Shown here: positions 9,828 to 18,969 of the stretch, piece by piece
How positions within the stretch are numbered: the first letter of the stretch is position 1
How the letters are laid out: each line of letters starts with the position of its first letter
Source of the DNA: a virus
Length of the DNA stretch: 64,000 nucleotides
Direction: 5' to 3' (one strand)
IMG/VR virus record: IMGVR_UViG_3300009502_000041
Span: 10,271-74,270 of that record
Position numbers and translations under genes: made by a program
The notes under the pieces: model-generated
Told to the model about the DNA's origin: nothing
Databases searched by the model: none
The model's input: the letters and a program-made list of their open reading frames with translations, nothing else

Positions 9828-11150
9828 TTATCCAGAACTAACAACCTTTGCTATTTTTGTGGGTAATAAACTTTTTAATATTTTTATATATTGATTAATT
9901 TTTTCTTTTAAAACCATTTTTATTATAGGTACGAGTAGTAATATTAAATATTTCTTCACTAAATTAAAAATATATTCAGTAATCATTGCAATAATTTGTT
10001 TTACGTTACATTTAATAAAAATTTTAAACTTCTTTAAATCATCTTTAGCCTGACTTATTAATATTTGACCGTTATTTTGTAATCCACTAATAATACCCAA
10101 AAGAGTACGTACTTGTGGTGATGTTGTTAATGCTTTGGCTAATGATTGTGTAATAAATTGAATTATTTTTTGAAAAAACCCGTCTTTAATTGAGTCTTTG
10201 TTTTCATCTGCAACTGTTTGATCAGAAATACTTTTATTAATACTATCATTAATTTGATTACCAACATAAAAAGAATCGGTTGATCCAGATATATTTGACA
10301 CAATATTACTTAAATCATTTAAGGATAATTTTGCTCCATATACTCCACATCCCATATCATAATTAACAACCCCATTAACCATTTCATTTGCCTTGGTTAA
10401 TAATTCATCATTATCATTAGGAGAAAGTTCAAAAGTATCGTTATCATCATCAATTAATTGCTGAATTAATTTGTCAACAACTAATTCTTGGTATACCTCA
10501 TCAACTGTTTTATTTTGACCATTGGTAATACTCCCATAAATTTTATTCATTACATTACTGATAATTTCTTTTTTATCAATAATTGTTAAGCTGTCAATAT
10601 ATTTATTTGTCCAAGTACCAATAGTCGCAGCTGGATCGCCTTTTAATGTTATTTTATCGGTAATTGAAGAATATGTCATATTTAAACCGCCAATACTTGT
10701 GGTACTTTCATTTTTAATTGCACTATATAACGAATTATCAAAATTAGGTTTAATTTTTTCATAAAGTAAACTTCCTACTTTTGAATCTGGATTAGTTTTT
10801 AATTTACCATAAACATCAATATTTTTTACAGGTATTTGATACCCCGTTACAGAAAATGCTGTGGGTAAATTAATACCAGAATTAAATTGAGTTGCTTGTT
10901 TTTTTAATGCATCTTTCATTTTAGGTTCAATACCATCAATAAATTTTGTTAATAATTCACCAGTTAATTCTTGAAGTGCTACAGTACCGACAATTACCTT
11001 CAGAGTATCTAATAAAAACGGAATAACGTCTTTTTTATTGTTGATTGAAGGGAAAAGGTTTGTAGTGTTCGTTTTATCAATAGTTTGAATAATTGATGTA
11101 TACGAACCAATTTTACTAAAAACATTTTTTTTACTATCACTCAAACTCAT
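9828..11150 (-). CDS. Hypothetical protein, probably virion-associated
   Basis: 440-aa ORF in a late operon; no family recognised. Confidence 0.75.
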   Translation of the reverse strand: MSLSDSKKNVFSKIGSYTSIIQTIDKTNTTNLFPSINNKKDVIPFLLDTLKVIVGTVALQELTGELLTKFIDGIEPKMKDALKKQATQFNSGINLPTAFSVTGYQIPVKNIDVYGKLKTNPDSKVGSLLYEKIKPNFDNSLYSAIKNESTTSIGGLNMTYSSITDKITLKGDPAATIGTWTNKYIDSLTIIDKKEIISNVMNKIYGSITNGQNKTVDEVYQELVVDKLIQQLIDDDNDTFELSPNDNDELLTKANEMVNGVVNYDMGCGVYGAKLSLNDLSNIVSNISGSTDSFYVGNQINDSINKSISDQTVADENKDSIKDGFFQKIIQFITQSLAKALTTSPQVRTLLGIISGLQNNGQILISQAKDDLKKFKIFIKCNVKQIIAMITEYIFNLVKKYLILLLVPIIKMVLKEKINQYIKILKSLLPTKIAKVVSSG

Positions 11151-11536
11151 TATTTACTATTATTTTGTTTTTTTCTCTCAATTTCACTCTGAACAAAATT
11201 TAATAATTCATTTCTTCTATCTGTTGTTAATGTTCCAGTTTCTTCAGATTTTGATGTTTCGTTGTTGTTATTAGATTTATTATCAAAAACCACCTCTTTC
11301 AAATATTTTAACAACATGATTTTTTGATCTTGATTTTTTGCTTCAGCAGCAATAAGTTTAACAATCTGATCACCAATTGCGGCAACTTCACCACTTTCTT
11401 TTACTTTAGTTTCCCACTTAGTAAAAAGTCTAGTGATTTTTGCTTTAATGTTATACGAGTCATCGTAAATTTCTTGAAGCAGTTTATTTACACTTTCTTC
11501 ATTGAATTGCAGGCGTTTACGTAAAGGTCTTGGCAT
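11150..11536 (-). CDS. Hypothetical helical protein
   Basis: First ORF of the operon; GTATTTAT on the minus strand at 11559-11566. Confidence 0.75.
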   Translation of the reverse strand: MPRPLRKRLQFNEESVNKLLQEIYDDSYNIKAKITRLFTKWETKVKESGEVAAIGDQIVKLIAAEAKNQDQKIMLLKYLKEVVFDNKSNNNNETSKSEETGTLTTDRRNELLNFVQSEIERKKQNNSK

Positions 11537-11569
11537 TGTAAATATAGTTTTAGTACATATAAATACTAG

Positions 11570-11725
11570 TTATTTTGATTTATATATATTATTAAAAAAT
11601 CCACGTTTTAGTATTACGCTTGTACTTATACGGTAAGTTAAAATATCTTTTTTATAATAATCATGAGTAAAATCGGCTATTTTATCAATTTGTTCTTTAA
11701 TACAAGCTATTCTATAAGACATCAT
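11570..11725 (-). CDS. Possible 51-aa hypothetical protein (below the ORF-track cutoff)
   Basis: MMSYRIACIKEQIDKIADF...; preceded by GTATTTAT (11754-11761) and a TTCCACC/GGTGGAA hairpin. Confidence 0.3.
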   Translation of the reverse strand: MMSYRIACIKEQIDKIADFTHDYYKKDILTYRISTSVILKRGFFNNIYKSK

Positions 11726-11855
11726 TCCACCAAATTTTTTTAGGGTGGAAGTAATAAATACTTTATAACAATTAAACTACATGTCACATTATATACATAA
11801 TCATATCATTTTTTATATTTATATTCATAATGTTTATATTTTTTATTAATTAATA

Positions 11856-12722
11856 TTAGTCATCTAAATAATCAAATTTCTCAATAAAATAAATATCTTT
11901 AAATGGTTTAATTGCAATTCGTATTTCCTTGGCTGATAAATTTGTTTGTTCTTTTAAAAAAAATAATATTTTATTTTTTGCAAATTTATTTGTAATTCTT
12001 TTATTAAATCTACCATCTGGACTATCTTCCATAAACAACACATGCCAATTTTTTAAAACATTAACAATTGCATCTCCAACAATAATTTCGTTTTTTTTCA
12101 TTAAACAATCACCATTGATTTTAATTTCAATTTTATTAACAACTCCGTTAATTAATTTTTCAAGTTGGTGTTGATTTTCCATTTCAATTTCATAAGTATA
12201 TTCACCATTCTCATTAATTTCGTCAACATAGTCATCAAACGGTAAATTAATTTTCATTTCAGTATAACTTTTTTTACCATGATCTTTATAAAAATTTCTG
12301 ATTATCGTTTGACAATAACTAAACGCCCTTGAATTAAATATTCGATAATTATTTATTTGGTCTTCATTAATTAAATCATTTAATCTATAATTTGCTTCTT
12401 CCACAAACCAGAATCTATTATTAATATCTAATTTATTCCATTTAGACGTTCCACATTTATTAATTTCAATAATAAATGGTCTATACTTAATCATATTTTC
12501 AATTAAATGAGAAAGTGCGTTTGATTCCACTTCAATCATATCATAATTACCAATATATATTGGGTAACGTCTTAATATAGATTGTATCATTTTTCGAAAA
12601 GGTTCTATAAGAATTTCGTTATATATCTTATTTTTTTCCTCAAATGAATTTGATTTAATGTAGTTTAAAACTGCATTCTCTTCTTTTTCGGCAAAATACG
12701 GTGTATTATTTTCATTTTTCAT
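11856..12722 (-). CDS. Phage sigma factor, gp55-like (probably late)
   Basis: YFAEKEENAVLNY...FRKMIQSILRRY...ALSHLIENMIKY...RAFSYCQTIIRNF resembles sigma region 2 of gp55-like proteins. Confidence 0.6.
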   Translation of the reverse strand: MKNENNTPYFAEKEENAVLNYIKSNSFEEKNKIYNEILIEPFRKMIQSILRRYPIYIGNYDMIEVESNALSHLIENMIKYRPFIIEINKCGTSKWNKLDINNRFWFVEEANYRLNDLINEDQINNYRIFNSRAFSYCQTIIRNFYKDHGKKSYTEMKINLPFDDYVDEINENGEYTYEIEMENQHQLEKLINGVVNKIEIKINGDCLMKKNEIIVGDAIVNVLKNWHVLFMEDSPDGRFNKRITNKFAKNKILFFLKEQTNLSAKEIRIAIKPFKDIYFIEKFDYLDD

Positions 12723-12749
12723 TATTTAAAATAGATTCAATATATAGTA

Positions 12750-13574
12750 TTATTCCGAAATTATTTGTTTATGAAGTCTTGACACATCAATTGTCCTGTC
12801 GTTCATAATGTTTGCTTCTGTGGTTGCAGTATCAAACCAGAACTTTCTTTCGTTAACTGACATAGTTTTTAAATAATTATCAAAGAGACTATTTTCTCTT
12901 GTTGCAAGGTGTTTATATCCAATTTTAGGTATTGAAAATACTTTACATGCATTATTTAATGCCCTGAGTAAAAATTCATACATGAAGCTTAATTTAATGT
13001 TTGATTTATACCCCCCAAGATTTTCAAATTCCAATTTCTTTATAATTGCACCCGATAATTTAAAATCACTATATTGCTTTAATGCATTTGCATTTAAATA
13101 ACCCATTTCGCCATTTTCGCCCACAAACTGTTGTGCCCACACAGTTTCATTGGTTAATTTAATACCCTCATTTTTTTCATTAACCTCAATCATCATAGTT
13201 AAAAAGATATCAATATTAGGAAATGACTCAATGTATTTATTTGCATTCTTGAAATAAGTGGTACTATACTCATCATCAAATTCAAGTACCGAGAAATATT
13301 CGGTTGTTACAGATTTTACCGCAAGATTTACTTGAGATTGATAATCCGTTTTACCTTCATTTTTGAGATATGTAACATCTGGATGAACATAATTATAAAC
13401 TTTCATTTGTTCTTCAATCTCTGGAGGATATACTATAATCACTTTCGGTAAATTAAGACTTAAGTCTTCATTAACAAGATCTTCTTGTTTAAGTATTGAT
13501 TCAATTGCTTTATTTAGGTAGTTGTTAACCACATCATTATATTCGTGAACTGGAATTATTACTGTAATATTCAT
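12750..13574 (-). CDS. Glycosyltransferase family 2 (GT-A fold)
   Basis: ITVIIPVHE, NLAVKSVTTEYFSVLEFDD, FENLGGY; likely start MNITVII at 13574. Confidence 0.85.
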   Translation of the reverse strand: MNITVIIPVHEYNDVVNNYLNKAIESILKQEDLVNEDLSLNLPKVIIVYPPEIEEQMKVYNYVHPDVTYLKNEGKTDYQSQVNLAVKSVTTEYFSVLEFDDEYSTTYFKNANKYIESFPNIDIFLTMMIEVNEKNEGIKLTNETVWAQQFVGENGEMGYLNANALKQYSDFKLSGAIIKKLEFENLGGYKSNIKLSFMYEFLLRALNNACKVFSIPKIGYKHLATRENSLFDNYLKTMSVNERKFWFDTATTEANIMNDRTIDVSRLHKQIISE

Positions 13575-13596
13575 TTTTATATTTTTTAATTTAAAA

Positions 13597-14739
13597 TTAT
13601 TCTTTTGTTTCTGGTTCAATTGCTTTTTGCATTAAAATTATTCTATCATTAAGAAATCCTTGATAAACTTCAGTTAATTGATTTTCGGCAGCTTCTTGAG
13701 TGTATTTTGCAACCACAACATCCATTGATTCATATAGTTTAGCATCAACATTATCATCTAAGAATTTAATTAAAACCTCACCAACTAACACTGGTAGATC
13801 ATAATAATTATCAGTCCAAACTCCAGCGCCTTCAACAACATTTGTCACTATACCATTTTCATCTCTTTTAACCATAAATTCTGGCATAATATCTGGTTTT
13901 AAACAAATTGGAACTACTCCCGATTTCATGCACTCTAAAGGAAACGTACCAAAAGAAGCAATTCTATCAATCCAAACTGCAGCAAAGTTACCTTGTAATC
14001 TTTTTGCAAAATCAATTCTACGCATTGCCTGTGGCGGTTTGCTCTTTGTAAGCATAGGGTCAAACGTTACCCAACTATATTGTGGATATCTGCTAAAGAA
14101 TAACTTGACTAGTTTTGAAATTTCATTTGCATTTCTACCTATTACAGAAATAACAGGTTTTTGTGGTAATTTTGATTTTTCAAAATAATCTGGAATACCA
14201 ATATTATATGTTTTAATGTTAAACTTATTAGTTCCATAGAATGTTTCAACCCATTCTTTAAGTGTTTGTGAGGTTGTAATAATATCATTAATACCAAAAG
14301 ATTTCCAATCAGTACCCGGGATTAAACTATTCACCATATAATCAACAGATTGCAATAATCCAATTCTTATACATGGCAAATTTTTGGTTTGTTCCATAAC
14401 GTTTGAATATACTTCGGGAATGACCATCACGTCTTCAGGTCCGACCATCAGTTTAGGGTCTGACATTGACATGTGTTTAAAACCCGTTAATTCTTTCTCA
14501 ATCCAAGCGGGAACAGCATAGTCACCCTTTTCAACCAACATAATTACTTCATATCCCATATTTTTTACAACTGTTGCATGGAAATAAATTTCATACACAC
14601 TTGCCACAGGACTTTGTGCTTCGGGTACAACAAATAAAAATTTTGATTTTTTTTCTGCCATTTTACCAAGTGATTCTTTAATTTTCTCAATTTTTTCTAA
14701 TTCAGCCTTTTGAACTTCATTATTTAATACTTCGCTCAT
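13597..14739 (-). CDS. Glycosyltransferase, GT-B/GT4-like
   Basis: IASFGTFPLECMKSGVVPI resembles the GT4 E-x7-E region (FGxxxLEAMxxG). Confidence 0.7.
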   Translation of the reverse strand: MSEVLNNEVQKAELEKIEKIKESLGKMAEKKSKFLFVVPEAQSPVASVYEIYFHATVVKNMGYEVIMLVEKGDYAVPAWIEKELTGFKHMSMSDPKLMVGPEDVMVIPEVYSNVMEQTKNLPCIRIGLLQSVDYMVNSLIPGTDWKSFGINDIITTSQTLKEWVETFYGTNKFNIKTYNIGIPDYFEKSKLPQKPVISVIGRNANEISKLVKLFFSRYPQYSWVTFDPMLTKSKPPQAMRRIDFAKRLQGNFAAVWIDRIASFGTFPLECMKSGVVPICLKPDIMPEFMVKRDENGIVTNVVEGAGVWTDNYYDLPVLVGEVLIKFLDDNVDAKLYESMDVVVAKYTQEAAENQLTEVYQGFLNDRIILMQKAIEPETKE

Positions 14740-14743
14740 TTTT

Positions 14744-15481
14744 TTAATTTTTAAATTTAATTATTTTTTCAAATTCTGGATTTTCGTATAATTCAGCAAT
14801 TTGTAATATTTCTAAAGAACCAGATTTAATGTTTTCATTATATGGTCTTTTTACTTTAATTAATTTTTGTCCCCAAGGAGCACCTAATTGTAATATTTCA
14901 GGGTCTGTTGTAATTAATACATCAATATCTTTCCACATTTCGGTTGCTTTATCAACAAAACAAATATTTTTAAATCTAGATGTCATCTTACTTAAAAAGA
15001 AAAGTGTTGATGGAATGCTAAATCTATTTTCAACAGAAAATAATGTAAATTCTACACTATCACCATATTTTAAAAGAAAATTATTTACATGTAAATCCAT
15101 TTGCTTATACATAATCGGTGCAGATGCATGAATTTCAAAAACAAAATCTTCATACATAAACCTATTATATACTTCTTTTGCAGTTAATTTAATCTCTTTA
15201 GGTGCTTTAAACAAAAAAGCATCTGCTGGTGCTTCACCAAGTTTTTCATCGTGTTGATAATCCAAAGGATTAATGTCTTCGGGAAGATCACCCGGTTCTT
15301 TCAATTCTTTAATCACCTCAACAGTATCTTTCCAAGGATAATTCTTAAAAAAGTCATATACATATGGTTGTTCAGGAACACCCTCATCGGTGAACTCTTG
15401 ACAAAAGAATCGATCTGTCTGAATCCATTTACTTCTGAACACCTCATTAATATCAATACCCACCCTTATTTTCTTACTCAT
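14744..15481 (-). CDS. HAD-superfamily 5'(3')-nucleotidase-like protein
   Basis: N-terminal VGIDINEVFR (DxD-like), DVLITTDP, KRPYNE typical of NT5C-like phage proteins. Confidence 0.6.
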   Translation of the reverse strand: MSKKIRVGIDINEVFRSKWIQTDRFFCQEFTDEGVPEQPYVYDFFKNYPWKDTVEVIKELKEPGDLPEDINPLDYQHDEKLGEAPADAFLFKAPKEIKLTAKEVYNRFMYEDFVFEIHASAPIMYKQMDLHVNNFLLKYGDSVEFTLFSVENRFSIPSTLFFLSKMTSRFKNICFVDKATEMWKDIDVLITTDPEILQLGAPWGQKLIKVKRPYNENIKSGSLEILQIAELYENPEFEKIIKFKN

Positions 15482-15752
15482 TTTTTAATTTTAATTGTTC
15501 CAATTGATATTGGAGATTTTCTTGTAATTTTTTCATCATTTCTGTATGTTCAAAAATTAATTCACTATCTGTAATATATTTTGGGTTTATACATTCTATT
15601 TTTATATTAGTAGATTGTATTGGTATTGATATGATTTCACCCTCAAACGTGCTGGGAATAATTTTTTTTGTTACATTTGTAACAAAACTAGGTATGTCTT
15701 CACTACGCACCCCTGCAATTCCAACATATATTACAAATATTTTAGTTTCCAT
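15474..15752 (-). CDS. Hypothetical protein
   Basis: ORF coupled to its neighbours; likely start METKIFVIY. Confidence 0.7.
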   Translation of the reverse strand: METKIFVIYVGIAGVRSEDIPSFVTNVTKKIIPSTFEGEIISIPIQSTNIKIECINPKYITDSELIFEHTEMMKKLQENLQYQLEQLKLKNE

Positions 15753-16920
15753 TTTTAGACTCACTTAATAATTGTTTATTTACTTTTATAAATAACTTAC
15801 AGTCATCAATTAAATTATTTTTTTTCATGTAATTAAAATAATTATAATTATCATATTTAATAGTTGTAATATTAGGTATATTATTATCTGTAATATGTTT
15901 TTGAATAATTTCAAAATTTATTACTTCTTTAAATTTATTTAATAGATGTTTTAAATTATTTCTCATTACATACAAATAACAACCATAATTATTTATAAAC
16001 AATTCATTATATGAATTACATTTATTAATTACATTTATAGCCAATTCAACATTCCAACAAATACGATCTTTAATTAAGTGTTTAGTGTATTCATTCAATA
16101 ATTTGGTTTTTTTTAATAGATTATATGTTTTAGGTTCATTAATAATAAAATCATGGTAATTATTATATTTTTCAATAATTTTAACAACATCGTTTACATT
16201 AAAAATATTATTTTTTATTAGTTGATATAAATATTTATCATTAATTTCTAATATTTTATTTTCAGTAATATTTGAATTGGTAATATTATTAATTATATGT
16301 AAATTTGTTATAAGCTGTTGTTTTATGTCAAAAATATATTTTTTACTAACTTCATTAATAACAATTAAACTGATGTTATTATTTATACATAAATCAAATT
16401 TAATTTTATCTTTAATATTATCAGTGTGCCACTGTTTACCATTGTATTCAAATCCTAAATTAAATTCTTCAATATAAATATCAATTTCATAAGGTTTTAT
16501 TGCCTTTCGATTATTATATTCAACAATACAATTAGGAAATAAAATTTTTAAAATTTCAAATAGTAATAATTGTGGGGTAGAGTAATGCTGTTTAATCATG
16601 TGTTTACAAACATCATCAACAATTTTTAATTGTCGACACGTTGTATACGCACTTGGGTCAGCTAACTGAAATTCACCTCTGGTTTTATATTTTAATGCAA
16701 CTTCTGTTAAATATTCTATATTTAAATCTCTACCCACCATTTTATTTCTTTTTCCAATTTGTTTTGAGATATGTAATACAGATTTTCTTAAATTAAGCTC
16801 ATTCGCTTTATTAGAAATACCCTTTTCAGACCTATTCAAAATAATTGATAATTCCAAATCACTTTTGTTTAAAAAATTAGCTTTTAGGTAATCAATATCC
16901 GTTTTTATCCAATAATTCAT
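15742..16920 (-). CDS. Homing endonuclease-like protein (Myb/HTH N-terminus, ALKY repeat, Vsr/PD-(D/E)XK domain)
   Basis: Likely ATG 16920 (MNYWIKTDIDYL..LNRS..ISNKA); VALKYKTRGEF..SAY..VCKHM repeat; YEIDIYIEEFNLGFEYNGKQWH. Confidence 0.75.
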   Translation of the reverse strand: MNYWIKTDIDYLKANFLNKSDLELSIILNRSEKGISNKANELNLRKSVLHISKQIGKRNKMVGRDLNIEYLTEVALKYKTRGEFQLADPSAYTTCRQLKIVDDVCKHMIKQHYSTPQLLLFEILKILFPNCIVEYNNRKAIKPYEIDIYIEEFNLGFEYNGKQWHTDNIKDKIKFDLCINNNISLIVINEVSKKYIFDIKQQLITNLHIINNITNSNITENKILEINDKYLYQLIKNNIFNVNDVVKIIEKYNNYHDFIINEPKTYNLLKKTKLLNEYTKHLIKDRICWNVELAINVINKCNSYNELFINNYGCYLYVMRNNLKHLLNKFKEVINFEIIQKHITDNNIPNITTIKYDNYNYFNYMKKNNLIDDCKLFIKVNKQLLSESKNGN

Positions 16921-16921
16921 T

Positions 16922-17692
16922 TTATTTTCTTTTTTCTTTAAAGTACTCGTCAAATTTATTTTCAATAACATCAATAAGCGGATTTCTAACATTTTTATCA
17001 GCATTACTCATTTCAACAACACCAATATTTTCAGTATTATTAAACATTTTAATTAAATGTTTTAATGAACTGTCTGATTTATTTGTAATATCAATTTGAT
17101 TGGTATCACCTAACATAATTAATTTACAATTTTCCCCAATGCGAGTCATTGAGGTATGTGAATTATCCATCGTTATATTTTGTGCTTCATCACTGATTAT
17201 TAAGCAATTATCTAAACTAACCCCACGCATAAACGCAAGTGGTAATGGTTTAACAATTTCTTTTTCAATTAAAGATTTTAATGCAATGCTCCCAATTATT
17301 TTTTCCATGTTAATATAATAACTTAACATGAAGGGTGTTATTTTATCGTCCAAACTTCCTTTAAGATAACCTAAATCTTCTGATTTTAAAGTAGTTACCG
17401 ATTTTACTAAATATATTTTATTATAACCATTTTCTTTTTTTCTTAAAAGACTTAAAGCATATGCAACAGCAATATAAGTTTTACCAGAACCTGCTCTACC
17501 ACCGCATATTGTAATTTCATTATTTTTTATTGAGTTTATTAAATTTTTTTGACTGTCATTTTTTGCTGTTAATTTTATTTCTGTTTTTATAATTTTACTA
17601 ATTTCTTCTTTAACCCTTGAAGAAACAATATTACAATCTGTTGATGTTAGTTCCTGAAAATCCTTTTCTTCCTTAACTCTATCCCTGCCCAT
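16922..17692 (-). CDS. phoH: PhoH-family ATPase
   Basis: GRAGSGKT Walker A, LGYLKGSL, PLAFMRG, ISDEAQN, TRIGE..K..LGDTNQID, VRNPLI. Confidence 0.95.
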   Translation of the reverse strand: MGRDRVKEEKDFQELTSTDCNIVSSRVKEEISKIIKTEIKLTAKNDSQKNLINSIKNNEITICGGRAGSGKTYIAVAYALSLLRKKENGYNKIYLVKSVTTLKSEDLGYLKGSLDDKITPFMLSYYINMEKIIGSIALKSLIEKEIVKPLPLAFMRGVSLDNCLIISDEAQNITMDNSHTSMTRIGENCKLIMLGDTNQIDITNKSDSSLKHLIKMFNNTENIGVVEMSNADKNVRNPLIDVIENKFDEYFKEKRK

Positions 17693-17848
17693 AAATTATA
17701 TTTAATGTTTTACTTTAAGTAATTTTTATAAAATGTTTTTAACCATACATGTTAATAACTACTATTACGTAATTTAATTTAAAATCTTGAATTATGTTAC
17801 AAAATTTTTTTTATAGTATTTATTGAAAAACTATAAAATTTTATAATT

Positions 17849-18778
17849 ATGGAAAATAATAAATTACCTCAAAGAGAAAGTGTTTCAGATGCATTAAAAA
17901 AATATAAAGAAGCGAATGATAAAGTATCTGATGAATCACAATATGTAAATTCAGTTTCAAATGTCTCAAATGTTTCAATTCCAAAACCAACACAATTTAA
18001 TCAACAGGATTTTGAAAAAACAATGACTAAAGAAACTGATCCAGATTTAATGACTTCTTATGAAGTAGTTAAATTACCATCAAAAGGCATGTTTTATTCA
18101 CATGGTATTTCAGAAGTCAATGTTGAATATATGACTTCAAAAGACGAAGATTTATTAACTACACCATCATTAATTGAAAATGGAACTGTTTTAGATAAAC
18201 TTTTAAAAAGAAAAATTAAAACTCAAGGAATTAATATTGATGAATTATTAACGGGCGATAGAAATGCAATCATTTTATTTCTTCGTACTTCGAGTTATGG
18301 TTCAGACTATACAGTACAAGTAACTGACCCAAGATCAGGCATACCGTTTACAACTACAGTTAATTTATTAAAATTACAATATAAAGAACCTAAAGAATTT
18401 CCTGATGAATTTGGATATTTTTCTGTGGAACTTCCTATGCGTAAAAAAACTGTTAAATTTAAATTATTAAGTTCAGGTGATGAAAATTTAATCTTTAAAA
18501 AAGCAGAATCAATTAAAGAAGTGTATAATGAAGAATTTAGCCAGTATAACACAATGAAATTAAAATCACACATTGTTGCGATTAATGAAAAGGCTGATAG
18601 GTCATATATTGACAGATTTATTGATGCAATGCCTGCTTTAGATGCATATACCATTCGTAAAAAATTGATGGAAGTATCTCCAGATGTTGATATGAATTAT
18701 GAATTTATGACCAATGATGGTTATAAATTTTACACAAGTTTAAGTGTTGGTGTAGATTTTTTTTTCCCTCAAATTTAG
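17849..18778 (+). CDS. Tail assembly chaperone / baseplate hub-like protein (gpG equivalent)
   Basis: LPSKGMFY, MTSKDEDLLT, LLTGDRNAIILFLR..SYG, terminal DFFFP; lies upstream of the tape measure. Confidence 0.8.
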   Translation: MENNKLPQRESVSDALKKYKEANDKVSDESQYVNSVSNVSNVSIPKPTQFNQQDFEKTMTKETDPDLMTSYEVVKLPSKGMFYSHGISEVNVEYMTSKDEDLLTTPSLIENGTVLDKLLKRKIKTQGINIDELLTGDRNAIILFLRTSSYGSDYTVQVTDPRSGIPFTTTVNLLKLQYKEPKEFPDEFGYFSVELPMRKKTVKFKLLSSGDENLIFKKAESIKEVYNEEFSQYNTMKLKSHIVAINEKADRSYIDRFIDAMPALDAYTIRKKLMEVSPDVDMNYEFMTNDGYKFYTSLSVGVDFFFPQI

Positions 18779-18969
18779 CGGGTGAGTATAAGAAGATGGT
18801 TGATGAAGAAATCTTCATTTTAACTAAACACGCCAAATTTCAAGCAGAATATATTGAGAAACTTCCAATATATCGTAGACGACATTTCTTATATTTACTT
18901 CAAAGAGAGAATGAAGAAGTAGAAAAAATGCAAGATAAAGCAAGAAGTAAGAATAATAGACCAAGGTAA
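18757..18969 (+). CDS. Frameshift extension of the tail assembly chaperone (gpGT equivalent)
   Basis: T9 run at 18757-18765; the -1 frame is open to TAA at 18969 (PSNLAGEYKKMVDEEIFILTKH...LPIYRRRHFLYLL...). Confidence 0.75.
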   Translation, partial: FFFPSNLAGEYKKMVDEEIFILTKHAKFQAEYIEKLPIYRRRHFLYLLQRENEEVEKMQDKARSKNNRPR

